Notes: a model not told the origin generated them from the letters alone. 64,000 bases of DNA from an uncultured Acetatifactor sp. (GCA_910585665.1 CAJUFI010000001.1:16680-80679), one strand, 5' to 3'; shown: positions 20,800 to 30,963, counted from the stretch's first letter. Translations and numbers: made by a program.

Positions 20800-20864
20800 T
20801 ATATGGCATGCCATGTACGATATAGCATGCCGTGTACTATATGGCATTACATGCGCTGCATGGC
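20800..20864. repeat. Three and a half degenerate 19-bp tandem repeats (TATATGGCATGCCATGTAC)
   Basis: Units at 20800, 20819, 20838 and partial at 20857. Confidence 0.7.
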
Positions 20865-20886
20865 TTCCTCCTGACAAAAGCACGCA

Positions 20887-20900
20887 AGAACATATGTTCT
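20887..20900. promoter_or_regulatory. LexA (Cheo) SOS box upstream of parE
   Basis: Perfect palindrome AGAACATATGTTCT matches GAAC-N4-GTTC, just downstream of the predicted promoter. Confidence 0.75.
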
Positions 20901-20915
20901 CGTTTCATATGTCCC

Positions 20916-20944
20916 ATCATAACCCAAATCCCGGAAAAAAGCAA
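20916..20944 (-). promoter_or_regulatory. Sigma-A promoter of parE
   Basis: TTGCTT-17 bp-TATGAT. Confidence 0.6.
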
Positions 20945-20991
20945 GAAGAAATTTTGGCTCCGCCGAAACTCCGCGTCTGTCCTTCAAGCGC

Positions 20992-21861
20992 CTACACTTC
21001 AATCTTCCGGCAGCACGCAAATGCCAGCGCCCCCGGCCCGATATGGCAGGCCACGCTCAAAGAAAGCGCATCGATATGGATGTCATACCCGGGGAACACC
21101 TCCAGGATCTCCTCCCGATAGCTTTCCGCCGCCTCCAGATTAGCAGTATGCGCGATTTGCAGCCAGATATGCCTGTCCTCCGTCATGCCGCCGAACCGGT
21201 TCTCGATATCATTCTTGATGGCATTGATCATGATGCTCTTGCCCTGATTGGTGGTCCTGGCCTTGGCGAAGGCGTCCAGCTTTTCCCCTTGGATCTGCAG
21301 CACGGGCTTCAGCCGCAGCATGGTCCCGATGGCAGCCGCAGCCGGGGTGATCCTGCCGCCCTTCTTCAGATAATAAAGCGTGTCCAGCATGATATAGATG
21401 CTGCTGTTGAATTTATCCGCCTCCAGGAACTCCTTAATCTCCTTTGCGCTCTTCCCCTTGGAGGCAAGCAGCTTCGCGTCAAGGCAGGACTGGCGCTGGG
21501 TGACGGAAATCCGTTGATTGTTCACCACTTGGACGCGTCCCTGATAGTCCCCGGCCAGTATCATGGCGCTCTGGCAGGAGCCGGACAGGCCGCTGCTCAT
21601 GGGGATATGGACGATTTCGTCATAGTCCCGCAAAATGCTGTCCCAGAGCTTCATCACGGACTCCGGGCTGGGCTGGCTGGTGCCGATGTCCGCGCCGCTC
21701 TTCAGTTTCTCGTAGAACTGCTCCTGGGTCAGGTCGATGTCCTCATAGAAAGTATCCTCATTGATCATAAAGGGCATGGGCAGGACATAAATGCCCAGCT
21801 CCTTTCCCGCTTTCTGGGTGATTCCGCTGTTGCTGTCCGTTACGATTGCTACCTTTGACAT
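20992..21861 (-). CDS. DegV family fatty-acid-binding protein
   Basis: VTDS, TSQPS, SSGLSGS, YLKKGGRI, HIGPG. Confidence 0.94.
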   Translation of the reverse strand: MSKVAIVTDSNSGITQKAGKELGIYVLPMPFMINEDTFYEDIDLTQEQFYEKLKSGADIGTSQPSPESVMKLWDSILRDYDEIVHIPMSSGLSGSCQSAMILAGDYQGRVQVVNNQRISVTQRQSCLDAKLLASKGKSAKEIKEFLEADKFNSSIYIMLDTLYYLKKGGRITPAAAAIGTMLRLKPVLQIQGEKLDAFAKARTTNQGKSIMINAIKNDIENRFGGMTEDRHIWLQIAHTANLEAAESYREEILEVFPGYDIHIDALSLSVACHIGPGALAFACCRKIEV

Positions 21862-21958
21862 AGATTCCCTCGCTTCTTCGTGTTCCTGTTTATTCTATCC
21901 TGATCTTATCCTGATTCTACCCGCTCGCTTCTTCTGCGCCCGGACATATGATGAATTT

Positions 21959-21987
21959 ATTTTACTGTCAAATCGTCCTAAAGTCAA
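21959..21987 (-). promoter_or_regulatory. Sigma-A promoter of degV
   Basis: TTGACT-17 bp-TAAAAT overlapping the recG 3' end. Confidence 0.6.
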
Positions 21988-24040
21988 CACTGTTTGAGGA
22001 AGCTTCTGCCAGATGCCGCTTCAGGCATGCGTTCTCCTGCCGCTCCAGGCCAAGATCCTGCTCCAGCAGCCGGTCCACCGCCTCGGAGGCCTGCTTCAGC
22101 ACGGCGGCGTCCGAGTAGATGTCCCCCAGGCGGAAAGAGAAATCGCCGCTCTGCCGGATGCCGAACAGCTCTCCAGGCCCCCGCAGCTTCAGGTCCTCCG
22201 AGGCGATGAAAAACCCGTCGTTGGAGCGGTTCAGGATCTGCAGGCGCTCCATCGACTCCTTCTTTTCGTCGGCGCTGAGGAAGATGCAGTAGCTCTGATG
22301 CTTTCCGCGCCCCACCCGCCCCCGGAGCTGATGGAGCTGCGCCAGGCCGAACCGCTCCGCGTTCTCCACCATCATCACCGTGGCGTTGGGCACATTGATC
22401 CCCACCTCTATGACCGTGGTGGACACCAGCACATCGATGTCCCGGGCGGCGAACTCCTCCATGATCCGGTTCTTGTCCCCGGGGCGCATCTTTCCGTGGA
22501 GATGGGCCACGCGTATGCTCTCCGGCAGAACGTTCCGCAGCTTTTCCGCGTAGTCCACCACATTCTCCAGGGCCGCCCCGCCCTCGGCGTCCTCCGAGTC
22601 CCCCTCCACCTGGGGGCAGATGACATAGGCCTGCCGCCCCTGCTCCACCTGCTCTGCGATGAACTGGTAGGCCTTGGGCCGATAGGCGGTGTTCACCACG
22701 CAGTTCTTGATGGGCAGCCGGTTGGCGGGCAGTTCGTCGATCACAGAGATATGCAGGTCCCCGTACAGGATGATGGCCAGGGTCCTGGGAATGGGGGTGG
22801 CGCTCATGACCAGGATATGGGGATACGCGCCCTTTTCCGCCAGCCGCTCCCGCTGCCTGACCCCGAACCGATGCTGCTCGTCCGTCACCGCCAGGGCCAG
22901 GGACTGATACTGTACCTTCTCCTGGATCAGGGCATGGGTGCCGATGATCAGATTGGCCTCCCCGGAGGCAATCCGGCCATAGGCCTCCCGCTTCTCCTTC
23001 GCCGTCATGGAGCCCACCAGGAGCACAGGCCGGAAAATCAGGCTGTATCTCTCCACATAATCCTGCACCGTCTCGAAATGCTGCACGGCCAGCACTTCCG
23101 TAGGAGCCATCAGCGCCCCCTGATACCCGTTGGCGGCAGCCGTCAGAAGCGCCAGCAGAGCCACGATCGTCTTGCCGGAGCCCACGTCCCCCTGGATCAG
23201 GCGGTTCATGCAGTAGGGCCCCTCCATGTCCGCTTGGATCTCCTGCCAGACCTTGCTTTGGGCCCGGGTCAGGGGAAAGGGGAGCCGCTCCAGGAAACGG
23301 GCCGTGTCCGCCGTCTCCGGCATCCGGAAACCGCTCTCCAGCTGCCTGCCGAAATCCCGGTTCTGTCGCATCAGGAACAGGAATTCGAAGAATTCGTCGA
23401 AGACCAGCCGTTTCCTGGCCAGGATTAGAGCATCGTAGTTTTCTGGAAAGTGGATGTCCTCCAGGGCCCTCCGTCTGGATATCAGACCGTTTTCCGAAAG
23501 AAAGACATCGCTGTAATACTCCTGTTCGAAATCACACAGGGAAAGGGCCTGCCGGACATGCTTCTGGATGGCCTGGTTGGTCAGCCCTTTTGTCAGGGAG
23601 TACCGGGGAAGCAGCCGGTCCGCCAGCTTCCGGTAGTCCTCCCAGGAGAAAATCTTAGGCTGTTCCATCACCTTAGCGGCTCCCCTGCTCTGCACCAGCC
23701 CCCTGAAAACATAATAGCCGCCCTGCCGCAGGGTCTTTTTCAGGAAGGGCATGTTGAAAAAGGTCAGCTGCAGGCTTCCGGAGCCGTCCGACAGGTTCAC
23801 GTTCAGGATGCTGAGCCTGCGGATTCTTTTTTCGTTGGGGATGCCCGCCACGGCTGCATGGACGGCACACACCTTCCCGGACTCCGCGCTGTCGATCCGC
23901 ACCGGCTCCCGGAACAGCTCGTAATCTTTCGGGTAAGCTGCCAGCAGCTCGTCCACCGTCCGGATATTCAGCTTCCCGAACAGCTTCTGCGTCTTCTCTC
24001 CGATGCCTTTCAGCTCTGTTATGGGCGATTTCCCATCCAT
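21968..24040 (-). CDS. recG: ATP-dependent DNA helicase RecG
   Basis: QGDVGSGKT, DEQHRFGV, SATPIPRTL, QLHQLRGRVGRG. Confidence 0.97.
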   Translation of the reverse strand: MDGKSPITELKGIGEKTQKLFGKLNIRTVDELLAAYPKDYELFREPVRIDSAESGKVCAVHAAVAGIPNEKRIRRLSILNVNLSDGSGSLQLTFFNMPFLKKTLRQGGYYVFRGLVQSRGAAKVMEQPKIFSWEDYRKLADRLLPRYSLTKGLTNQAIQKHVRQALSLCDFEQEYYSDVFLSENGLISRRRALEDIHFPENYDALILARKRLVFDEFFEFLFLMRQNRDFGRQLESGFRMPETADTARFLERLPFPLTRAQSKVWQEIQADMEGPYCMNRLIQGDVGSGKTIVALLALLTAAANGYQGALMAPTEVLAVQHFETVQDYVERYSLIFRPVLLVGSMTAKEKREAYGRIASGEANLIIGTHALIQEKVQYQSLALAVTDEQHRFGVRQRERLAEKGAYPHILVMSATPIPRTLAIILYGDLHISVIDELPANRLPIKNCVVNTAYRPKAYQFIAEQVEQGRQAYVICPQVEGDSEDAEGGAALENVVDYAEKLRNVLPESIRVAHLHGKMRPGDKNRIMEEFAARDIDVLVSTTVIEVGINVPNATVMMVENAERFGLAQLHQLRGRVGRGKHQSYCIFLSADEKKESMERLQILNRSNDGFFIASEDLKLRGPGELFGIRQSGDFSFRLGDIYSDAAVLKQASEAVDRLLEQDLGLERQENACLKRHLAEASSNSVDFRTI

Positions 24041-24124
24041 AGGCCTTCCTCCTTCCCGCCGCCTGCCCCGGGGCCCTGCGCAAAGAATGCCAAGCGAGGC
24101 CGTCCGCTTGGCATTCAAGACATT

Positions 24125-25849
24125 TTATTCTACTGACATGACGTAATAGTAGATGGGCTGTCCGCCGTACTGCAGCTCGATGTCACAGTCGGGATAGCGC
24201 TGCGCCATCTGGTTCCGGAAGGCTTCCGCCTCCTCGCCCTTCACATCGCTGCCGTAGTAAATGCTGATCAGCTCGCTCTCCTCCGTCACCATCTCCGCCA
24301 CGGTATTCCCCGCCACCTGGCTGATGTCCGTGCCTACGGCCAAAATGCCGTCGTCGCCGATTCCCATGAAATCGCCCTTCTTGATCTCCTTGTCGTCGAT
24401 GACGGTGTCCCGAACCGCGTAGGTCACCTGGCCGGTGCTGACATTGCCGATTTCGCTTATCATGTTGCCCTCGTTCTCGTCCACCGACAGCTCCGGCACG
24501 AAATTAATCACGGCGGTGATCCCCTGGGGAATCGTCTTGGTGGGGATGACGAACAGGTCTTTTTCCGTGGTCAGCTCAGCGGCCTGGTTCGCCGCCAGGA
24601 TGATGTTCTTGTTGTTGGGCAGGATGAAGACAGTCTTGGCGTTGACTTTGTCCACAGCGTCCAGGATGTCCGCCGTGCTGGGGTTCATGGTCTGGCCGCC
24701 TTCGATGATATAGTCCACACCCAGGCTTCTGAAAATCTCGTTGATGCCCTCGCCCATGGAGACGGCGATGAATCCGAAGTCCTTGAGCGGCTCCTGTGCG
24801 GCCTTCACAGGCTCCTCTATGGCGGGCGGCTTCGAGGCGGCTTCCTGGGCGGCAGCCTTCACCTCGGCATTCCCCGACATCTTGAAGAGCTTCTCCTGAT
24901 GCTCCAGACGCATATTGTCAATCTTCAGGTTGGAGAGCGCGCCATACTTCAATGCCTTCTGGATAGCCAGACCAGGGTCATTGGTATGTACGTGCACCTT
25001 GACTACGTCATCGTCTGCCACACATACAATCGAATCGCCGATGGACTCCAGATAAGACTTGAAATCCATTTCCATCTTGATATTGAAGGCCTTGTTCAGC
25101 ATGATGATGAATTCCGTGCAATAGCCGAACTTAATCTCCATCTGCGCCTCGGCCTGCCGCTGGCTTTCCTTAGGGCTCATTTTTGCCTGCTGGCCGCCTA
25201 TGGGCTGGACGGACAGGTCCAACTCCTTGCCCAGGAAGGCGTCGAAGGCCCCTGAGAGCACCGCTATCAGCCCCTGGCCGCCGGAATCCACCACCCCTGC
25301 CTGCTTCAGAACAGGGAGCATCTCCGGGGTCTGGCTCAGCACATACTCCGAGTGGCTGATCACCGTGGACAGGAAGCGCTCCATGTCGGTGCACCCCTCC
25401 TCCGCCAGCTCCTTCGCCTTCACCGCGCCGCCTTTCGCCACGGTGAGGATGGTTCCCTCCTTGGGCTTCATGACAGCCTTGTAGGCAGTCTCCACGGCCT
25501 TCTCGAAAGCCTCCGCCAGCACGGGAATCGTCAGTTCCTCCTCCTCATTGATCCTCCGGGTGAAGCCGCGGAACAGCTGGGACAGGATGACGCCGGAATT
25601 CCCTCTGGCGCCCCGCAGGGAACCGCCGGAAATCGCCTTGCACAGGCCCTGCATATCTACGGCATCCCCCAGCTGTGACACTTCCCTGGCCGCGGACATG
25701 ATTGTCATGGTCATATTAGTGCCCGTGTCGCCGTCAGGGACGGGGAATACATTCAGTTCATTTATCCATTCCTTTTTGCTCTCCAGGTTCTTTGCACCGG
25801 CCAGGAACATCCTGGAAAGCATCCTGGCATCGATATGTTCTAAACTCAC
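24125..25849 (-). CDS. fakA: DAK2 domain fatty acid kinase catalytic subunit
   Basis: LNVFPVPDGDTGTNM, GARGNSGVILSQ, GYCTEF, GGQTMNPS; GTG start. Confidence 0.93.
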   Translation of the reverse strand: MSLEHIDARMLSRMFLAGAKNLESKKEWINELNVFPVPDGDTGTNMTMTIMSAAREVSQLGDAVDMQGLCKAISGGSLRGARGNSGVILSQLFRGFTRRINEEEELTIPVLAEAFEKAVETAYKAVMKPKEGTILTVAKGGAVKAKELAEEGCTDMERFLSTVISHSEYVLSQTPEMLPVLKQAGVVDSGGQGLIAVLSGAFDAFLGKELDLSVQPIGGQQAKMSPKESQRQAEAQMEIKFGYCTEFIIMLNKAFNIKMEMDFKSYLESIGDSIVCVADDDVVKVHVHTNDPGLAIQKALKYGALSNLKIDNMRLEHQEKLFKMSGNAEVKAAAQEAASKPPAIEEPVKAAQEPLKDFGFIAVSMGEGINEIFRSLGVDYIIEGGQTMNPSTADILDAVDKVNAKTVFILPNNKNIILAANQAAELTTEKDLFVIPTKTIPQGITAVINFVPELSVDENEGNMISEIGNVSTGQVTYAVRDTVIDDKEIKKGDFMGIGDDGILAVGTDISQVAGNTVAEMVTEESELISIYYGSDVKGEEAEAFRNQMAQRYPDCDIELQYGGQPIYYYVMSVE

Positions 25850-25861
25850 GCTCGCTCCTCC

Positions 25862-26221
25862 TTAATCAATCACTCTGACGCCGTCCACGTAGATATTGAT
25901 CTTCCCGATTTCGATTCCCGTGAACTCTTCCACCTTGTATTTCACATTGCTGATCAGGTTATCGGCTACAGCCAGTATGCTGACGCCGTACGCAACGATG
26001 ACATGAAAGTCAAGAGTCAGCTTGTTTTGATTAAGAGTCACGCTGATGCCTCTGGTGATGCTGTCTTTCTTCAGGAGCTTTACCAGTCCGTCCTTGACGC
26101 TGACGCCAGCCATGCCCACGATGCCGAAGCATTCCACGGCCACGCTTCCGGCGTACTGGGCGATCACTTCATTATGGACGACAATCTTTCCCATATGGGT
26201 ATTCATAGAAGATCCTTTCAT
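25862..26221 (-). CDS. Asp23/Gls24 family protein
   Basis: AVECFGIVGM, VIVAYGV, VKYKVE; classic position between rpmB and the DAK2 gene. Confidence 0.93.
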   Translation of the reverse strand: MKGSSMNTHMGKIVVHNEVIAQYAGSVAVECFGIVGMAGVSVKDGLVKLLKKDSITRGISVTLNQNKLTLDFHVIVAYGVSILAVADNLISNVKYKVEEFTGIEIGKINIYVDGVRVID

Positions 26222-26375
26222 ACTACCCCATCCTTTCTCATCTCGATTTCTCGTCTTGATACAGCCATCCGCCCACAGGCAGACTTTTGCCCTGTGCAGA
26301 CATATCTCTGTTATTTTAACAGTTTTCCCATAAAAAGGGAATAATAAATATTAAATTAAAAAAAGTTTTTTTTAC

Positions 26376-26404
26376 TTGCTTTTTCCATATATTTCTGGTA
26401 ATAT
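26376..26404 (+). promoter_or_regulatory. Sigma-A promoter of rpmB
   Basis: TTGCTT-17 bp-TAATAT with extended -10 TG and an AT-rich upstream tract. Confidence 0.6.
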
Positions 26405-26502
26405 ATCAATGTTGTGTATAATAGGAAATACGGCTGACGGATTTTCTGTTGCCACAATAAAATACAAGCGTAGGGACACGCAGGTGCTGAGGAGGTGGCA
26501 AA

Positions 26503-26688
26503 ATGGCTAAGTGTGATATTTGCGGCAAGGGCGTCCTTTTTGGTAACAATGTAAGCCATTCCAATAGAAAGACCAATACAATGTGGAAAGCTAATGTCAA
26601 GAGAGTGAAATGCAAGGTAAACGGTGGTTCTAAGAGAATGCATGTCTGCACCCGCTGCCTGAGATCTGGCAACGTGGAGAGGGCATAA
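26503..26688 (+). CDS. rpmB: 50S ribosomal protein L28
   Basis: MAKCDICGKG..FGNNVSHS...WKAN...VCTRCLRS; GGAGG RBS. Confidence 0.98.
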   Translation: MAKCDICGKGVLFGNNVSHSNRKTNTMWKANVKRVKCKVNGGSKRMHVCTRCLRSGNVERA

Positions 26689-26746
26689 CCGGCGGTGACG
26701 GCCTGTCCTCCAGGAGGACATGAGATTTTGATAACGATCGCGATTG

Positions 26747-26777
26747 AAAAGAGCAGAGAATTTTGGCTGCTCTTTTT
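26747..26777. terminator. Bidirectional intrinsic terminator
   Basis: AAAAGAGCAG-loop-CTGCTCTTTTT between convergent genes. Confidence 0.75.
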
Positions 26778-26894
26778 GACGTTGACCATTTCCGCCGATT
26801 CAGACAGCCCCAAATTTTCCGGGGCAGCTAAGAACCTCTGCCCCGGAAACTCTCCGCAAGAATAATCTCCCGCACCGGGAACTCTCTTCCGCTC

Positions 26895-27035
26895 TCAGTC
26901 GCCGCAGATGCAATGATATCCTAAAAACAGCAATAAAGCGATGATGACCATGCCGATCAGCCGATTGTGGGCAATCAGCATGATCAGCATGCCGATTGCA
27001 ATGAGAAAAGAGACCAGTCCTATAATCTTCTTCAT
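26895..27035 (-). CDS. Small 46-aa two-TM membrane protein (absent from ORF track)
   Basis: Manual translation MKKIIGLVSFLIAIGMLIMLIAHNRLIGMVIIALLLFLGYHCICGD*; GGAGG 4 nt before ATG. Confidence 0.75.
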   Translation of the reverse strand: MKKIIGLVSFLIAIGMLIMLIAHNRLIGMVIIALLLFLGYHCICGD

Positions 27036-27100
27036 GATGCCTCCGGACTTTCGGTATCACACGCTTCCACCTGTCAGGAAGCGTGAAATCTTTTCACATT

Positions 27101-27129
27101 AGTATATGCGGCTTTCCCGGCGGAAATGT
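27101..27129 (-). promoter_or_regulatory. Putative sigma-E-type promoter for the small membrane protein
   Basis: ACATTTC-N14-CATATACT. Confidence 0.4.
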
Positions 27130-27566
27130 CAGTCTTCGGCCTCCTCTTCCGGGAACGCGATGTCCACCACCTCAGCGTCGGTGATATCCTCCTCCCCCTC
27201 AGGAGTCTGCTCTTCCTTCTTCTTCGGCTTGGTGAATTTGTCCACCAGATCCGGAATCATGTCCAGTACCTTCGTGACGGCATCCTGGTTCTTGATGTTC
27301 ACCAGCTTGACGGCATTGTCCTTGATGACCAGGACGGCGCTGGGGGTCATCTTCCCGCCCATGCCGCCTGCGCCGGACGTGGAATTCTTCTGGCCGTTGC
27401 TGCCGGAACCGGCGCCTACGCCAAAGCTCACGTCCACCAGGGGCAGAATGATGGTGTCCCCGATCTTTGTGGCGTCGCCCACCACGGTCTTGGTGGACAG
27501 CACCGTGTCCATTCCTCTCAACAGAGACTCTACGACTCCCTGAAATTGGTTTTCTTTCTCCGCCAT
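27129..27566 (-). CDS. GerW/YtfJ family sporulation protein
   Basis: TVVGD, IILPLVDVSFGVGAG, GGMGGKMTPSAVLVI. Confidence 0.88.
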   Translation of the reverse strand: MAEKENQFQGVVESLLRGMDTVLSTKTVVGDATKIGDTIILPLVDVSFGVGAGSGSNGQKNSTSGAGGMGGKMTPSAVLVIKDNAVKLVNIKNQDAVTKVLDMIPDLVDKFTKPKKKEEQTPEGEEDITDAEVVDIAFPEEEAED

Positions 27567-27587
27567 GTTCTCCTCCATTCCCGAGCT

Positions 27588-28628
27588 TTACGCGGAAGCC
27601 TTCCTCTGCGCTGCCCTCAGTCCCCTGAGGAACACGCGCAGCTTCCGGTCAAAGAGCAGCTTCAGGCCGTTCACCGCCAGCACCCACACCGTGACCCTGC
27701 CCGCCGCCTCAAACTCGCCCTCGAATATCCGTCGCTCAAAATCCGGCGTCACCCAGAAGCCTGCGCCCAAAGCAGATGCCAGCACACAGTACCCTCCATA
27801 TAGGTATCCCGTGGTATCCGGGGAGCCAGTGCCGAACACCAGTTCTATCCGGACATGCTTCGGGCCTGCGCTTTTCATGACCTTCACGGCCCTCTGCATG
27901 GCATGGGCAGCCAGCTGCTTTGTGTTCTCCTCCTGCAAAAGCTCTATATAGTATGATATATTCTTCCAAATCTTTTTTATTTTATCATAGATGCTGCAAA
28001 TTGTGTACTTTATCTTCTGTATTTTTTTGGAAAACTTTTCTGTGCTTTCCTGCGGCTCTCTGTCGAAGCTGCCGGAGGCCGCCCCTTCTCCCGCCCTTTC
28101 TTCGGGCCGATCGGCCGGGCCGTCGGCCGGATCCGCGCCGCTTGGCAGATCAGCCCTTTCAGGAGGCGCCGCCCGCTCAGGCAGGGCCGCCGGGCCGCTG
28201 CCGGGCCGCTTCCCATCGGAGGCCTTTCTATCGGAACGCTTCCCGTCAGAGCGCTTTCCTCCGGAGTCCATCTTTCCGGATTTCTTTTTTCCGGATTTCT
28301 TTTTCTTCCCTCTGCGCTTCCGTCCGCCGTCCCCCTCCTGGGGATCCGGCGGAATCCTGCTGTCGAAGAGGGCGAACCACAATGCCTTCACTGTCAGCCG
28401 CCCCGGCTCCGGATACCCGAAGCGCACCCGGAACAGGCCGAAGAGCCAGTTCACCTTCACCGCCAGCCTGATTCCCGACGCGTCCTTGCTCCCGCTGACG
28501 CGATAGGTGAACGGAAAGAACAGGAACACCAGGAAGCCCGCCAGGGACAGCGCAAGGATCGCCAGAAGGACCGCGCCCACTATGGAGAGGACTTTCATTG
28601 GAATCGTTGCCCATAACACGCCTAACAT
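27588..28628 (-). CDS. DUF2953 (YtfI-like) protein with long low-complexity insert
   Basis: N-terminal TM, FGTGSPDTTG, PDFE; adjacent to ytfJ. Confidence 0.75.
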   Translation of the reverse strand: MLGVLWATIPMKVLSIVGAVLLAILALSLAGFLVFLFFPFTYRVSGSKDASGIRLAVKVNWLFGLFRVRFGYPEPGRLTVKALWFALFDSRIPPDPQEGDGGRKRRGKKKKSGKKKSGKMDSGGKRSDGKRSDRKASDGKRPGSGPAALPERAAPPERADLPSGADPADGPADRPEERAGEGAASGSFDREPQESTEKFSKKIQKIKYTICSIYDKIKKIWKNISYYIELLQEENTKQLAAHAMQRAVKVMKSAGPKHVRIELVFGTGSPDTTGYLYGGYCVLASALGAGFWVTPDFERRIFEGEFEAAGRVTVWVLAVNGLKLLFDRKLRVFLRGLRAAQRKASA

Positions 28629-28945
28629 CGCAGATACTCCTTTAACGCGCAGTCGCCCCTGTCCCGGAGGCAATCCGTCACCATTCGCTCCACCAGCTGC
28701 AGCGCCTCCTCCCGGCTCCCGGCAATCCCCACCACGAAGGGCGGATATTTCCGATAGTAAGACTGGCACAGCTGCCTGGCCTCATAGATGTCCAGCTGGT
28801 CCGAGGCGTTGCGGGAAATGGAAATCAGAAAGACACCGGAAAAACCAGGTCGTCTTTCCAGCTTTTTCTTTATTCTGTCCAGTTTTTCCTTCCGGATGCT
28901 TCCACCCAGATATAATTTCGGATGATACATGATACCGAGAGCCAT
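28622..28945 (-). CDS. Hypothetical protein
   Basis: 107-aa ORF with GGGG RBS, overlaps the next start. Confidence 0.7.
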   Translation of the reverse strand: MALGIMYHPKLYLGGSIRKEKLDRIKKKLERRPGFSGVFLISISRNASDQLDIYEARQLCQSYYRKYPPFVVGIAGSREEALQLVERMVTDCLRDRGDCALKEYLRC

Positions 28946-28964
28946 GCGCGGATTCCCTTTAGCT

Positions 28965-29417
28965 TCAATAATACTTCTTGCTGCCCCATAAATTGCTTTT
29001 CTTCAGTTCCAGATATTCATCATAAGCTTTTTCCAGAATCTGTTTCTCATTCGCGAATTTCAGCAAATGGTATGCCTCATGGTACTTGTAATAGCCTGAA
29101 TCCAAAAAGAACTCTTCTTTTTGTGGTTTGCTGTAATAACTGTCTGCCATCATCAGATACCAGTGGACTTCCTTTTCCACGATATCTTCGGGAACGTTGA
29201 AGGTGTACTCGCTTTTCCCGATATATTTAATGATGGTAGCTTTCGCTCCAGATTCCTCCAGCACTTCCCGCAGGGCCGTGTCCTTGTACTCCTCCCCCTG
29301 CTCCACCGTGCCTTTCGGCAAAACCCAGCCCTCGTACTTGTTCTTGTAATTCTTGTACAGAAGAAGGATTTTTCCACGAAAAATTACCACACCACCACAG
29401 CTTGTTGCTTCCAGCAT
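28965..29417 (-). CDS. NUDIX hydrolase
   Basis: Nudix box PKGTVEQGEEYKDTALREVLEESG; own promoter TTGCAC-17-TATACT at 29462-29490. Confidence 0.92.
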   Translation of the reverse strand: MLEATSCGGVVIFRGKILLLYKNYKNKYEGWVLPKGTVEQGEEYKDTALREVLEESGAKATIIKYIGKSEYTFNVPEDIVEKEVHWYLMMADSYYSKPQKEEFFLDSGYYKYHEAYHLLKFANEKQILEKAYDEYLELKKSNLWGSKKYY

Positions 29418-29493
29418 TGCAATCCCTCCTGATTGGTGTGCCACTTACTTGACTAAAAATAAGTATAGTCCAATCTCTCCAGAAGTGCAATAC

Positions 29494-30963
29494 TTATTTT
29501 TCGCGGCTGAAATACGCGTCGAAGATCCGCCTGGCGATAGGGACGGCGTAATCTCCGCCGCTTCCCGCACCCTCCACGATGATCGTGACGCAGATTTCCG
29601 GGTCCTGCGCAGGCGCGAACCCGGTGAACCAGGCATGGCTGTCCCCCTGGTCGTTGTACTCCGCGGATCCCGTCTTTCCTGCGGCGGTATAGCTTAAGCC
29701 GGATAGCTTTTTGGCTGTCCCGCCCTCCACCACGGCGGTCATCAGCTCCCGCAGCTCGGCCGCCTCCTCCTCGGTCATCAGGGGGCCGTAGCTGGAGGGC
29801 TGATAGGACTTGATCACTCTTCCGGCATCGTTCTCCACCCGGTCGATGACATATGGCTTCATGAGCACGCCGCCGTACGCGATGGCGCTGGTGATCATGT
29901 TCAGGTGAATGGGCGTCATCTGTGTCCGCCCCTGACCGATGGAGGTCTGCATGACCTCGCTTACGGACTGGCCACCGGTGGGGATTGCGCTGCTTTCCTT
30001 ATAGGAGAGCGTCAGGGGAAGGGGCTGGTTGAACAGCAGGTCGTCCAGGATCTCCCCGAAAGTCTCCTTGCTCAGGCTGGTGCCGATGTTCGCGAAGGAG
30101 CAGTTGCAGGACTTGGCAAAGGAGCTCACGAAATCCACCTGGCCGTGGTTGGTGCCATGATAACATTTGATGCGGCTCTCCCCGGACCGGAAGGAACCGG
30201 TGCACTGGAAGGAATAGCTGTCGTAGGTGTCCGGGTTCTCCCGGATATAGCCCAGGGCCGTGACGATCTTGAAAGTGGAGCCCGGGGGATACTGCCCATG
30301 GGTGGCCCGGTTCAGCAGCACGGAGCTGTTCTCGTCGGCGATGATGGAATCCCATGCGGACGCGATCTGATTGGGATCGAAGTTCGGGTGGGACACCATG
30401 GCCAATATCTTCCCTGTGGAAACTTGCGTCACCACGATGGCCCCTTTGTAGATGCCCAGCTGTTCGTCCGCTGTCTTCTGCAGCGCCACGTCCAGGGTGG
30501 TATAGACGCTGTCCCCGGGATTCTTCAGGCCTGCCACATCGTTGGCTGCCTTGTTGCTCAGGGAGGTGCTGGTATTGATCAGGTAGTAGTTGGCCAGGGA
30601 CTCTATGCCGGTGCGGCCTTTCGTGGCGTATCCCACGATGTGGGAGAACAGATTTGCGTAAGGGTACACCCGGGTCTCCCCCTGGTGGCCGTCCAGCGCC
30701 GTCTGGGCCAGGACATCCCCGTCGGCGGAGTAGATGGTGCCGCGGTAGTTCCTGGAAAGCAGGATGGCCTGCCTGGAATTGTAGCTGTTGTTGAGCATCT
30801 CCTGTTCGCTGGTGGCGGTGAAATACCCCAGATATCCGATCAATACCGCGAACAGCAGGCCGAATAAGCAGCTGGTCACGATGATCTCAGGACGGTTGAG
30901 AGGGTGCTTTTTCTTCGCATTGGGTTTTTTCTTCCGTTGGGTGCTGTCTTTTTTATCTGGCAC
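29494..30963 (-). CDS. Class B penicillin-binding protein
   Basis: PGSTFK (SxxK), SCN (SxN), KTG; GTG start. Confidence 0.92.
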   Translation of the reverse strand: MPDKKDSTQRKKKPNAKKKHPLNRPEIIVTSCLFGLLFAVLIGYLGYFTATSEQEMLNNSYNSRQAILLSRNYRGTIYSADGDVLAQTALDGHQGETRVYPYANLFSHIVGYATKGRTGIESLANYYLINTSTSLSNKAANDVAGLKNPGDSVYTTLDVALQKTADEQLGIYKGAIVVTQVSTGKILAMVSHPNFDPNQIASAWDSIIADENSSVLLNRATHGQYPPGSTFKIVTALGYIRENPDTYDSYSFQCTGSFRSGESRIKCYHGTNHGQVDFVSSFAKSCNCSFANIGTSLSKETFGEILDDLLFNQPLPLTLSYKESSAIPTGGQSVSEVMQTSIGQGRTQMTPIHLNMITSAIAYGGVLMKPYVIDRVENDAGRVIKSYQPSSYGPLMTEEEAAELRELMTAVVEGGTAKKLSGLSYTAAGKTGSAEYNDQGDSHAWFTGFAPAQDPEICVTIIVEGAGSGGDYAVPIARRIFDAYFSREK

